A DNA stretch of 63,671 nucleotides, filler included, from Octopus bimaculoides (Eukaryota), in NCBI RefSeq assembly GCF_001194135.2. It is 7 parts of 6 records of this genome, joined end to end, with 100 filler letters (N's around TTAATTAATTAA, not from the genome) between each part and the next. Parts side by side here need not be neighbours in the genome. Positions count along the whole stretch, not along the records: positions 21,671 to 37,720 come from NC_068982.1; 6 more parts are not named here. One strand, written 5' to 3'. Of the stretch, positions 24,679-37,720 are shown piece by piece. The notes beneath the pieces were generated by a model. That model made no database searches and was not told the DNA's origin. It saw only the letters and a program-made list of their open reading frames with translations. Numbering within the stretch: position 1 is the first letter of the stretch; each line of letters starts with the position of its first letter. The translations under genes and the position numbers were made by a program.

Positions 24679-26099
24679 TGGTTCTTTTTTTAAATTTACA
24701 ATATTGAAGTGTGTTAAATATTTAAAATATTTTGTAATCTTAATAAAGTTCATTTAGCGCCTTCATACGTTCATAGTAATCATCAGATTTTAAAATATGT
24801 TTAACTGATTGCTGAATTGTTGACAACTGTAGGAAAATGACTGACTTCTTTTTTATACCACCTAGAAGTTTCCTACAAGCTGTATATTTCGAGTGTGAGT
24901 TGGACCAATTCTCATGCAGTTTAAATGTCACGGTTTGCCGGGCGTACCGATATTACTGGCATAGATACCGCCTTAATTTTAACCAAATTAACATGTTTAC
25001 ATGTTATGTAATAGTTTCATGAGTAAGCAAACTTAGTTGGTTTCGATCGCTTTCATTTCAGTTGGTGGATGTGTTGTGTAATGCGTTTATATTCATATGA
25101 TAAAGATATTGTTAAATTCACATCATTAAATGGTTGTTATACTATTGTTATTTCTGGTCAGAACAGGTCTGAACATTTTAGTTAACAGTTTTTCTTTTAT
25201 CTCTCTTCCAACCTTACTTGTGTCACGCAGTTTATGAAAAGGAAAAATTAGAAACATTTCCTGACCACATGTTTCTGTGTTCGCTCAATGGAACTTCAAA
25301 ACTCTGCACTTGCACAGTAGAACTTCACTCTGCATGCTTCAGCTTCGTTACTGTAGCAACAATCCGGATACTTATTGATCAGACATCGTTGTGTGTGTGT
25401 GCGCGTGTGTGTGTGTGTGCGTGTGCGCGCGGGCATTTCTACATGCAGGTATGCATACAAATCTCTATCGAGAGAGAGAGAGAGAGAACAAGAGACAAGG
25501 ATAGAGCAGGGGAGATAGAATGTGTTTATTAAAGGGAACAGCGAATTTTAATAGATTGTTCTTTAATTTTTGCTTATCAAGTAACGCTTGCACTTTAGTG
25601 AATTAACACTCGTATGCTCAGTCAAAACCTTTACAACATATTTCCTAAAGCAGATGTAAAACTAACAAGTGAACGTAAAGTGGTTTATATCTGTTTTCAA
25701 ATCACCGTATTAAGATTTATTAAAACATATTATTACCTACGTACTGAAACAATAAAACTATAGATAATGTCTTTGCTCTTGTTTCATAGCTAAAGCTGTT
25801 TTATTCTTAACATAAATCGAAAATAACTCCAACAAAAAGATGTAAAAAAGATGTAAAAAAAAAAACATTCAGAGAAATTGGCTCTTTACATTGCACCTTC
25901 AATACTACTTATATATTGAATTTTACATCAACTCAAGATTCTAATTATTCAGAAAAGTATTCAATTCGATCTTCCAATTTTCAAAATAACGGTAGAATTT
26001 TCCACAGGGTACTACTATTATTAATACTACTAGATCCCTGGTGTTTTTCATGGGCGGTGGCAATGACCAAATTAACCAGCGCTGCAGATTCAACCTTGT

Positions 26100-27955
26100 A
26101 TCGACAGACAGATAAAAGCAGAACACCAGACTGTGTTACATGCAACTCTCCCCTAAGTTCACAGCTTCGAGTGTGCTTTGAAGCGAATGGAGGTGATGCC
26201 TGAGTTCACAGCAATTAAGGCCGACTGGCGGCCAGATGCCGAACATGCCCGGCAGTTCAATACACCTGAAATAAATCAGTTGCAATCGTTCTGGATGAAG
26301 AAGTGCAAGATAAGCGTGACATCATCCTGAAGCTCCCGGTCAAATGTTTGCTTGCAGTGTTCTTTGATGTTCCAGCATGGAAAGGATGGGCATAATTTTG
26401 AGCTGCGCCAAGTAACTGGACAGGAGACCCACAAACATTTCTTGCAAGGATATTTATGCCTAACGACTACTGGTCCGAGACGGAGAATCTAACCAGTTTC
26501 TGCGGTTCAAGGAGGTGAGGAGCCATTTCATGGTGGACATGTGCGCAAAGATCGAAATTGATCGAAACTCTGCTATAAATTAGTATTAACCAGAAGAAAT
26601 TGAGATCAGAACAATATATCCACCTGCAGGATTCGTTGATTCACGATGGCAATGCTCAAAATGTGGGTCAGCAGGTCATCCTACCATCAGCTTTCACTGG
26701 CTCACCATGATACATGCATCGACGTACCCAGGATGCCATGGCCTATGTGCGCAAGTTTAGTTTAGCTGGCATGATATTTTCATAACGTTTAACTGTAACC
26801 CACAGTGGAAGGATATCCAGGACTACCTCTTTGAGGGCCACAGCAGGACTGACAGGCATGATCTTATCACAAGAGTTTTCCACTAGAAGTAGAAGAGGCT
26901 ACTCTGGCTGCTAAAAGATGGAAAAATATTTCGTGATCTTAATGCATTGATGCACACCATAGAGTAGCAAAAGAGTATTTGGAGTTGAATAGGATGTCAG
27001 GCAGGGGGGGGGGGGTGAAATTAATCAACATCAGTTGATCAGATTATTTCCTCTACCGAGGCAATATGGTGGATCCTGGAATTCGAAATCCACGAGCTGC
27101 ATCCGACAATGGTGAATCTGGCTGCATATCTTGAAAATGGTAGGCATGTGTATTTCACAAAAAATACTGCCCGAAACGTGGTTGAGCAGCCACCAGATCC
27201 ACCCTAACAACTTCCTTCAATTCGCACCTAAGTTCACAGCTTTGTGTGTGCTTTGGAGCGGATGGGGGTAATGCCTGAGCTCACAATAATTATCAAGGCC
27301 GATTGGGGACCAGATGGCGAACATGCCCGGCGGTTCAATACACCTGCAACAAATCAGTTGCAATCATTCTGGCTGAATAAATGCAAGGTAAGAATGACAC
27401 CATCCTGAAACAGCAGGTCAAATGATTGCTTGCAGTATTCCTTGACCAGCTTGCAAGAATACTGCTGTGTGTTGAGATTCCTGCTTATTACATCTGGACA
27501 CACAACAAGCGCAAGCAAGGAGCACAAGTTGAGGGCTGGGATGAGGATAGTGTCTTGAGAAGCAAGGCCATCGGGCGAGTGTACACTGTGCATCCCTATC
27601 AGCCAGGTATTTTCTTTCTGTGACTGCTGCTGCATAGTCAGAGGTCCTACATCATTCACGCACCTGTGAAGGTATAATGGAGAGGTCTGAACCACCTACA
27701 GACAAGCCTGTGCCAAACATGGGCTACTGGAGAATGATGCCCACTGGGATCAGGCACTGGAGAAGGCAGCAGTGAGCAGAGCACCAAGTCGACTACACCA
27801 GTTAGTTTCCACCATATTGATAGCATATAACTTGGGTGAGCCTCTCAAGTTTTGGGAGACTCACAAATAAAGCATGGCTGAGGACATCCTGCACGAAATT
27901 GAGAGATGGACTCAGCAGAGAATATCGACATCAGTGATGCAATTTACAATGACAG
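26100..27955 (+). mobile_element. Helitron Rep region remnant, decayed, with internal duplication
   Basis: Fragments EHARQFNTP, DKRDIIL, FMVDMCAKIE, NQKKLRSEQY, VILPSAFTGSP*YMH..TQDAMAYVRKF, FITFNCNPQW, ISSTEAIW, IGRVYTVHP, GPTSF and YRQACAKHGLLENDAHW match Helitron Rep/helicase proteins. Confidence 0.9.
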
Positions 27956-30806
27956 ACACCCGAATCCAAGTTATGGGAGGCCGGGACAATTCTCAGCGTT
28001 TATGGACCAACTCTTGACTCTGATGAAGAGATAAAGGACGCCTTCTATGATTCTCTGCCAGGCGGTATTGTCACACCCGTGTTGGGTGTGACAATACCGC
28101 CTGCCCAGGGATCCTCGGTCCTCAAGGCACAGGGAAAATGAACGCTAATGGATAGAGACAACTCACCTTCTGCTCCAAGTATTATCTGTGCATCACTAAC
28201 ATCCTCTTTCAACAGCGGGACATTTACAACTCGTCGTAGATGCACCTGTGTTCCTGAAAGTTGCATCTCCTAGACTACATAATTGTCCGTCGTCATGACA
28301 TGGGCGATGCCCTTCATACTCGTGCAATGCGTGGAGCAGATTGCTGGACGGACCGCAACCTTATCCGCTCGAAGTTCTGAATAAACATTCGACTCCCTAG
28401 CCGAAAGTCGACAGCATCAAAACGACTGAACACCACGAAAATGTATGATATTGAGAATCGTGGCCTCTTTCAAGACCGGCTTGCCATCAAATTGGATACT
28501 CTCCCACTCCCCGATCCTACCTCGGTAAACCAAGAGGAGCTAGATGATATATGGGGCAAACATATTCCCCAGATCGCCTCGGTCGCAACCAAACAACTAA
28601 GACACACCAAACGTCGCAATCCTGACTGGTTTGATGAATCTGCTGATGAAATCCTTCCTCTTCTCATAAGTAAAAACCGAGCTCACGATACCTACATCTC
28701 GAGCAGATCCAACGCACACATCCAGAATTGGAAAGATCTTCGCTCGGAATGCCTGAGCAGACCTAGGCAGTTTCAGAACACTTGGTGGAAGAACATAGCT
28801 GCAGAGATTCAACGTTTTGCAGATGAAAATAATATCCACGAGTTCTACACTGCAGCCAACTCCATGTACGCTCCGTCTTCCAATCATATCAATCAGATAC
28901 TATCTTCAGACGGCAACACTCTCTACAAGGAATAGACCCAGATCCGTGAACAAGATAAATCCTACAGACACCACACTGATTGATGAGCTCCCTCATGTCC
29001 CTCCTCTCCCTGAGCTGGATACGGAACCCTCTCTCATGGAAATCCGTACAGCTCTCTCCTACTTAAAAAAAAAGGAAATCAAATGGATCAGATGGTGTGT
29101 CGGGGGAGATCTATAAATATTGTGGTCCTGCTCTTGTCCAGCGTCTTCATCAGATTATCCTCTACTGTTGGAAAAGCGTTTTGATCCCTCAACGCTGGAA
29201 ACACGCAGACATAATCACCATCTTCGACAAGAAGGGAGAACGCACAGACTGCAACAGCAGCAGACGTATTTCACTCCTGGATGTTTCTGGAAGGGTTGTG
29301 GCACTCATCCTGCTCTCTCGACTTCTTGGCCTCTTCGTTGAAGGAATCCTCCCAGAGTCTCAATGCGGTTTTAGAGCTAACCGCAGCACTATCGACTTGT
29401 TAGAGAAGTGCAGAGAACAACAGCGTGATGCCTCGTTTGCCTTTGTTGAGCTAACTATGGCTTGTGATACTATTAGCCGCCCACTGCTATGAAATATCCT
29501 GCAGAAGTATGGATGCCCTCCTAAGATTCTTGCCATGCTACGCCAGTTCAATGACGGCATGCAAGCACGTGTGACATTGGGTGGGGATGAGTCTGAGTAC
29601 TTCACCGTTCAAATCTGTGTTAAACAAGGCTGTGTCCTGGCCCCTGTCCTTCTTAATGAGTTCCTTGTGACTGTGACCTTACTATCTCGCTACGACCTCA
29701 ACCCCGAAGATTTCGATATCGCCACGATAGCAGTCTCTTCAACGTGAGGAGACTAAAATCACTAAGAAAGACTCATTCCACCACTCTCTTCGAATTACAG
29801 TATACCGATGACTGCGAAGCTCTCGCCCATGAACCAGCCAGCCTTCAGCCGGACTTACACGTTGTGTTTAACGCCTATCGACGGCTGGACTCCAGGTCAG
29901 CACCAAGAAAACACAAATGCTTCAACGTTCCAAAAATCGTTCAACCCCCCACCCCCGTGACTCTTTCGATCCAAGAACACAGAGAAATTTATCTATTTGG
30001 GTAGCATCTTCTCAAGCAATGGGACCATAGACCACGAAATTCAGAATCGCATCCACCTTGCCACCTCCCCCTTTTGGATGTCTCAAGGATAGTGTCTTCG
30101 TTAATCGTGATCTGAATCTCTCCAGGAAAATCGAGGTGTATCGTGCTGTTGTGGTTTCCACGCTTCTGTATGCCTCAGAAACCTGGACACTATCGTCTGT
30201 CATGTCAAACTCATCGAATCCGTTCATATCCGCTGTCTCCAGCGCATTCTTCATCTGACATGGAAGGACAAGATCCGACATACGGAGATCTTGAGACGAG
30301 GGAAATTGACCAGCATCGAATGCATGATACTCGAACATTAACTGCGCTGGGTGGGGCAGGATGCCGGAGAACCGTATACCCAAGACTGTCCTTTTGGGGG
30401 AGGTAGCAGAGGGTAACCGACCGCACGGAGGTCGAAAGAAGCGATATAAAGATCATATCAAGAAATCCCCGAAGCTCCGCAGCATCCCCCTGGTGAACTT
30501 GAAACACTAGCCACAGACCGTACTACCTGGAGGGGTATGGTAAAAACAGGTACGCAGCATTTTGAGGATGAGCGGACTAGACTTTGCGAAGAAAAGCGGA
30601 GACAGCTCAAGGAACGTCAGCAAAATCCTAGACGAGCTCTACTTCGTCGGAGCCTTCTTCGCTGCGCTCACTGTAATCGGACATGTGCCTCCAGAATCGA
30701 CCTTTTCAAGCACGAGAGGGCCAGCCAACGCCATCAAGACAACCCCTAACGAACAAAGACGACGTCATCATCTGTCAAGATGGACTGCCTTAAGCAAGTA
30801 AGTAAA
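27956..30806 (+). mobile_element. RTE/BovB-like LINE, partial EN + RT + C-terminal zinc finger, heavily frameshifted
   Basis: ILSVYGPTL, RNPDWFDE, RRISLLDVSG, LPESQCGFR, VKQGCVLAPVL, QYTDDC, LLYASETWT and CAHCNRTCASRIDLFKH. The 3' end is gatggactgcc followed by an aagcaagtaagtaa tail. Confidence 0.92.
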
Positions 30807-31702
30807 TATGTATATATATATATATATNNNNNNNNNNNNNNNNNNNNNNNNNNNNNNNNNNNNNNNNNNNNNNNNNNNNNNNNNNNNNNNNNNNNNNNNN
30901 NNNNNNNNNNNNNNNNNNNNNNNNNNNNNNNNNNNNNNNNNNNNNNNNNNNNNNNNNNNNNNNNNNNNNNNNNNNNNNNNNNNNNNNNNNNNNNNNNNNN
31001 NNNNNNNNNNNNNNNNNNNNNNNNNNNNNNNNNNNNNNNNNNNNNNNNNNNNNNNNNNNNNNNNNNNNNNNNNNNNNNNNNNNNNNNNNNNNNNNNNNNN
31101 NNNNNNNNNNNNNNNNNNNNNNNNNNNNNNNNNNNNNNNNNNNNNNNNNNNNNNNNNNNNNNNNNNNNNNNNNNNNNNNNNNNNNNNNNNNNNNNNNNNN
31201 NNNNNNNNNNNNNNNNNNNNNNNNNNNNNNNNNNNNNNNNNNNNNNNNNNNNNNNNNNNNNNNNNNNNNNNNNNNNNNNNNNNNNNNNNNNNNNNNNNNN
31301 NNNNNNNNNNNNNNNNNNNNNNNNNNNNNNNNNNNNNNNNNNNNNNNNNNNNNNNNNNNNNNNNNNNNNNNNNNNNNNNNNNNNNNNNNNNNNNNNNNNN
31401 NNNNNNNNNNNNNNNNNNNNNNNNNNNNNNNNNNNNNNNNNNNNNNNNNNNNNNNNNNNNNNNNNNNNNNNNNNNNNNNNNNNNNNNNNNNNNNNNNNNN
31501 NNNNNNNNNNNNNNNNNNNNNNNNNNNNNNNNNNNNNNNNNNNNNNNNNNNNNNNNNNNNNNNNNNNNNNNNNNNNNNNNNNNNNNNNNNNNNNNNNNNN
31601 NNNNNNNNNNNNNNNNNNNNNNNNATATATATATATATATATATAAAATATATAAATATATATCAAATCTTATTCTAATGACGGTTATAAGCTGAAATTC
31701 TG

Positions 31703-31810
31703 AAGGAGCAGTGCTCAGTGGTTAGAGAGTCAGTCTCACGATCATGAGATAAGGAGTTCGATTCTCGGAGCGGAGTGTGTGGTGTGTTCTTGAGCAAAAC
31801 ACTTTATAAA
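31703..31810 (+). mobile_element. tRNA-derived SINE head, family C
   Basis: A box tgctcagtggttagag, B box gagttcgattc, then ttcttgagcaaaacactttat. No complete tRNA cloverleaf. Confidence 0.75.
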
Positions 31811-32773
31811 CCACTTTATAAAACACCTTATAAATACTTCCATAAACCACCTTCTTCGGACTTGTGCCTCGGAAGGGACCTTTCTATCTGCAATTCAATG
31901 GTCATTCATGACCGAAGGAGGTTTTTATCTTTTAGGTTGAACCCGAAATATTTCACAATATTTGCCTTTTCAATAATCATCCATGAAGTTGTACAGAATT
32001 ACAATAATGATACTACAACATATCAAGTTGCCATATTTCGGAATTGTCAGGGCAGATCGCGATCCTAATGACGCTCTTTCAATTCTGACACTTCGCCCGT
32101 ATGTGACTGGTCACAGAATTTTATGAATATAATATCTCTTGTTATTGAAATGACCACAAATAGACGTAAAATTCACCTGTCGATTTGTTCTTTTGATAGC
32201 ACAAACCTGAAGTACAGAGGTAACTTCCAATGTGTAGAATCCTCTGTTGTTGAAAATACGAATGACTTTCTGACATGCAAGATTGAGAGATAAAATGTTT
32301 CAAAGACATCGAAAGTTGCATTGTTTATAACGTGTCGAACCTGTAGAGCAGAAGATAATTAAATTAGATATGTTAAATGATAGGGAGACTAAACACATTT
32401 CGAATTAAAATGTAACGCAAACTTTTTATTCCTCGTGTTTACGCAATTTTACCTCTTTCTTTTATATTTCAAAATTGGCTCAGCTGGTTTTCAATATTGG
32501 CAACTACAAGTGTCGCAAATCACATATTTACATAAAATATTAAAACTAACGATATAGTCCCTGATATATATGCAAGGAGATTAAGAATGGAAATGTTCCA
32601 TCCCTAACCATTGATATTTTTCTGTGCCATGAACAGACAATTTATGAAATGGTTGTGAACTCAACTGTTCGACTTGCAGATTTAATGTCGCGGCCGTTCA
32701 TACATACACGTCATAGAGACAGACATACAAGCATAAGTTACATACGTTTGTGTATGCGTGTATGTGTGTGTGT

Positions 32774-32819
<46 letters not shown>

Positions 32820-35184
32820 GTGTTAGTAGATAAATAAGAAAAAACCCAGAAGTAGATTTTTCTGGTAGAATCAATAAAGCGTACATCTTTTAATTTAAGT
32901 GCATGTTATAATAGAGTTGTTTTGAAATATATAAAAACACTTTTATAAATACATACACCCAATTGTTTAAGAAGGAAAATCGAATATGTCATGTATGACC
33001 AAGTAAGTTAATATATTTTTCCGCTATCGTATGTGTTTTGAGATTAATAGTATAATCAATTATATACTGATATTAACACCTTTCTTGTGTACGTCTCGTA
33101 TGTATATTTAACCTCTATTTAATGAAGAATGAATGTAAATCTTATTCTGATGCTATCACAATAGGTGTATGTAGACTTTATAAGCACCATTTGAAGAAAT
33201 ATCTGAAACTGACATCTCTATCGTCTTCAATATAAAATCTTTAAGCGAATTTACATGTAAAATATATGGTTATTATGTCTTATATGTCACAGGAAATACT
33301 TAGATTTTATCATTTAAACTTTACTCCGGAACTCAAGTCTGCATGCTCAAATATTTTAAATCAATTGCTTAGAAGTCATGTGAATTCACCCCACAGAGTC
33401 GAATCTATGAATACTGCAAATAAGTTGCGCAACTTTTCTGTTCGATTATAATTTGATAATCTTGTATCAATATTGACTATCTGATTTTCGGTATTCAGTC
33501 AGTTAATTATAAAATCTATACATTTTCATCTCAAGAAACTTTTTTTTTATGTAAATGATTATTCAATTGCTGCAAACGCATTTCTCTTAACGAGAGTGAA
33601 ACGTAGGAAAGTAAGATACAACAAAACCAATAGAAATGTTATCTCGTTTGGCAACTTTGAATAAATGCCAGGTAGAAAATTAAGACACTCTCTTGAGTAC
33701 CTATCAGCATCTTGTCTTTTCCAATATTAGTAAAATTTTAAGAACCATTCTTCTTCCATTTGAAGCCAAATTCACCAACATATCACTTGTTTTTCGTAAT
33801 CATATCAAAAGTGAACAGTTGGCTAATCTCCAAACCAGATTGGTTTTCAATTGATTTTTATTCAGAAATTTTCTCAAATGCATTTTAATACCAATTAACC
33901 TGGTATTTAAAGGTGTGAAAAGCTAATAATTATCAGAAATTTCTTCTGCTAACTTATAATTTAATTTACGTATTAAAATTATGATTTTTAATAAACCTAT
34001 TTACGTGTAAGTATACAATGTTAAATTTGGGGCAGACTTACTAATTACCTTCTATAGAAACAACAGGAAATCAAGACGACAGCTGCATCGTGTAAAAGCC
34101 AAACTTGCCCACCATTCTATTTATCAACTCAGAATCAACTTAAAGGAAAATGATATGGGATTCGTCCCATAATATCGGCTAACGCCATGATAGACGACAA
34201 AGGTCCCGAGAGTACTGATAAATATAGTACACTCCTGAACAAAGTCATTTGTAACGAGTATGATATCATGACCGATGCATGTGCACCATATGAACTTTCA
34301 AACATATTTCATCCGTTTAATACTGTACTATATTCTAGTAAAATAATAGAAATGATTCATGATCTAATTAGAAATTATTAGTATTTTCAAGAAACTTTCT
34401 CTTTGCCATCGTTCACTACTATCTATTTTTTAGTTTTTTATAGTTTTTTCCTAACTTGCAATTAAAATTTAGTTGAAGAATGTAATGATATTACAATAGT
34501 ATAACAGCAATAATCTTGTTCATTGCATATTAGTGTGCTAAAAATGCCACAACTTTTCATATCAAGCGAATTCTCCTTAACTATATCTATATATATCAAA
34601 GTAAGCCCCTCCTAAAACAGTTGTAAAAGGAAAAACAAAATGTTACTAGCCTTCTAACCACGAAGAAAAAAAAAGCAGGTCAATTTTCGGGCATTAAAAT
34701 GGATATCGGTATGAGCTTAAATTAAACAACGTGTTATCATAGATGAAACGTTATTACTAGAATTCGCTCTACATACAAAAACTTAGTACACACAAGACAT
34801 TAACATTATCCAATTATCGGAATAAACAAGCGCAGCAAAAAATCCAATTAATTCTCAAACAACTTTTTTCACAAGATGCTATATATCAAATTAATTCAAT
34901 CGGCCACAAAAACACACATTAATCCATCTGTCTATTTAGATGCATACGTACAAAAAGAAGACATATTAAATAAATTCAATTTTTTTTTTTTTAAATATGA
35001 TAAATTGTTTATATAAATGAATTACGACAAATCAAAGCAATAAATCGACGTAGACGTGACTGCAATATTACATAGCTCACTTTCCAACATTATGATTGCG
35101 ATGTTGATCAAAAGGTTGGCACATTAAGGTAGTTGTATTTAGAAAGTGGATACAATTACTTTTTCCTTTTTTTTCATCTTCTCC

Positions 35185-35326
<142 letters not shown>

Positions 35327-35329
35327 CAT

Positions 35330-35487
35330 TTTTATTGTCTTTGTACAGCTGGTAACGCTGGAAATGTACTACGGTGGCAGCTGTGTCACTATGAGTATGA
35401 TCAAATCCTAGTTTTCTACGTAACTCCCAGTGGATTACTCTCCCCGCATTGTCGTGTCTTTTCTTGTATTCTTTCTGTGCCAGCATA
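35330..35487 (-). mobile_element. Internally deleted R4/Dong-like LINE fragment
   Basis: LAQKEYKKRHDNAGRVIHWEL (post-CCHC region) is fused to a 3' end matching 59670-59715, followed by (TAA)n on the element strand. Confidence 0.8.
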
Positions 35488-35796
35488 CTACACTCATTTA
35501 CGATATGAGTAACATTTTATTTACATAAAAAGTTTGTTTACATATGTTGTTGCATTTCAAATGAAACTGCGTATTTACCGTTTAGCTTTGGTGTAAAATT
35601 TTCTGAGCGGGCAGTTTAGTTTCATTGCTGAAGTCCTAAGCCGGTATCAGGTAGGTGCAGGTGCACGTCCCGTGGCTGTCTGCTGACATATTTTTCCGTC
35701 ATATAAAGGTAAAGTACCCAAACTTTCGGCTGTTTTACGGCTATACACCTTTTGAAAAATATTACATTCCTGCCTATATGATGCGGTATATATATA

Positions 35797-35829
<33 letters not shown>

Positions 35830-37484
35830 NNNNNNNNNNNNNNNNNNNNNNNNNNNNNNNNNNNNNNNNNNNNNNNNNNNNNNNNNNNNNNNNNNNNNNN
35901 NNNNNNNNNNNNNNNNNNNNNNNNNNNNNNNNNNNNNNNNNNNNNNNNNNNNNNNNNNNNNNNNNNNNNNNNNNNNNNNNNNNNNNNNNNNNNNNNNNNN
36001 NNNNNNNNNNNNNNNNNNNNNNNNNNNNNNNNNNNNNNNNNNNNNNNNNNNNNNNNNNNNNNNNNNNNNNNNNNNNNNNNNNNNNNNNNNNNNNNNNNNN
36101 NNNNNNNNNNNNNNNNNNNNNNNNNNNNNNNNNNNNNNNNNNNNNNNNNNNNNNNNNNNNNNNNNNNNNNNNNNNNNNNNNNNNNNNNNNNNNNNNNNNN
36201 NNNNNNNNNNNNNNNNNNNNNNNNNNNNNNNNNNNNNNNNNNNNNNNNNNNNNNNNNNNNNNNNNNNNNNNNNNNNNNNNNNNNNNNNNNNNNNNNNNNN
36301 NNNNNNNNNNNNNNNNNNNNNNNNNNNNNNNNNNNNNNNNNNNNNNNNNNNNNNNNNNNNNNNNNNNNNNNNNNNNNNNNNNNNNNNNNNNNNNNNNNNN
36401 NNNNNNNNNNNNNNNNNNNNNNNNNNNNNNNNNNNNNNNNNNNNNNNNNNNNNNNNNNNNNNNNNNNNNNNNNNNNNNNNNNNNNNNNNNNNNNNNNNNN
36501 NNNNNNNNNNCAGCAGCTTCACTCAGTCAAATCCCCTCCAAAGATAAAATACTAAGTAATGTATACAACCAGTTTTCTGTAATATTAAAAACTTCTCTGC
36601 GAAGTCTGACTGAATATACACCTATAGCTTTACAGACAGCATTATAAATAGCGAGCTTGTCATATCATTATATTTGCCACTTATTGATTTTCAATTTCAT
36701 TTTGTAGTTGAAAAATGTGTGAAGACAATTTGTAAGAGCGATATTGTTTTTCCCAATTGAAAATTGTTCATAAAATCCAGTCTTACTAAAACGAATATAG
36801 CAAATACTACAATTAAGCATTCCAATCATATGCCTAATGTTTTTTACTCATACGTGCATCGTAATTAAACAAGTAAGGTATCTCTACATTAAACATCACT
36901 AGGATGTTTAATTTAGAAAGAGACGGAGGTCATTAAATTAGAAATATAAACTTTTAATTAAAATTGCGAAAGCCAAATTTATCCCATTTCCAATAATTGT
37001 CAGAGAATTGTTGCACTGAGATATGCAACGAGACAAAATTACGCTACCGAAACGTTGAAAATGAATACACTATCACCACTACATATTTATCCAACCGTAA
37101 TCTCAATTCAACTGTTTAGCAAATATTTAACAACATCAATTATAAATGCCTTCTCATACTAATTACATTTTCCGAAATACTATCGTGTTAACGTGAATGA
37201 GACATAACCGTATCTAAATAGCATTCACCAAATTGTTTTATTTATTATTAAAAATAATGTAACACTTTGAACAAATACTCATTTCCATCAGAGTACAATG
37301 TTCATAATAACAACTATTATGCAATGTATTTTTATGCATTTGCTCAAATCATCTATGAATTAAATCAGAAACCACACTGATCGTGATGTTAAGCACACAA
37401 CTAACAAGTTGATATTAACATTCGTGTATGATTTAGAAGTTGTTTACATGCTTGGAATTCTCAAAAGACAACCTGGAATTAAGT

Positions 37485-37656
37485 TATTTACATTGTTTAC
37501 ATTATTTACATTGTTTACATTATTTATATTTGACGGATATTTGTCCTCATCTTACTTGTTGTTTACACAACGTTTCGGCTGATATGCCACCCAGCCTTTA
37601 TCAGGTGTCTTGGAGAAATATCGAACGTAGGTTCTCATTCCTAAGCTATTTTTCGA

Positions 37657-37660
<4 letters not shown>
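37485..37660 (-). mobile_element. Penelope-like remnant with minimal type-I hammerhead-like motif and 9-nt tandem tail
   Basis: Minus strand reads acac-ctgataa-a-ggctg(N10)cagcc-gaaac-gtt-gtgt (37565-37608). Tandem (ttacattrt)n at 37485-37530. Confidence 0.6.

Positions 37661-37720
<60 letters not shown>
37657..37720. repeat. (TTA)n microsatellite
   Basis: Direct. Confidence 0.97.

Noticed and set aside
31703-31780. Possible tRNA gene
   Set aside because: A and B boxes are present, but there is no acceptor stem or cloverleaf and it continues into a SINE core. The same applies to 24620-24678.
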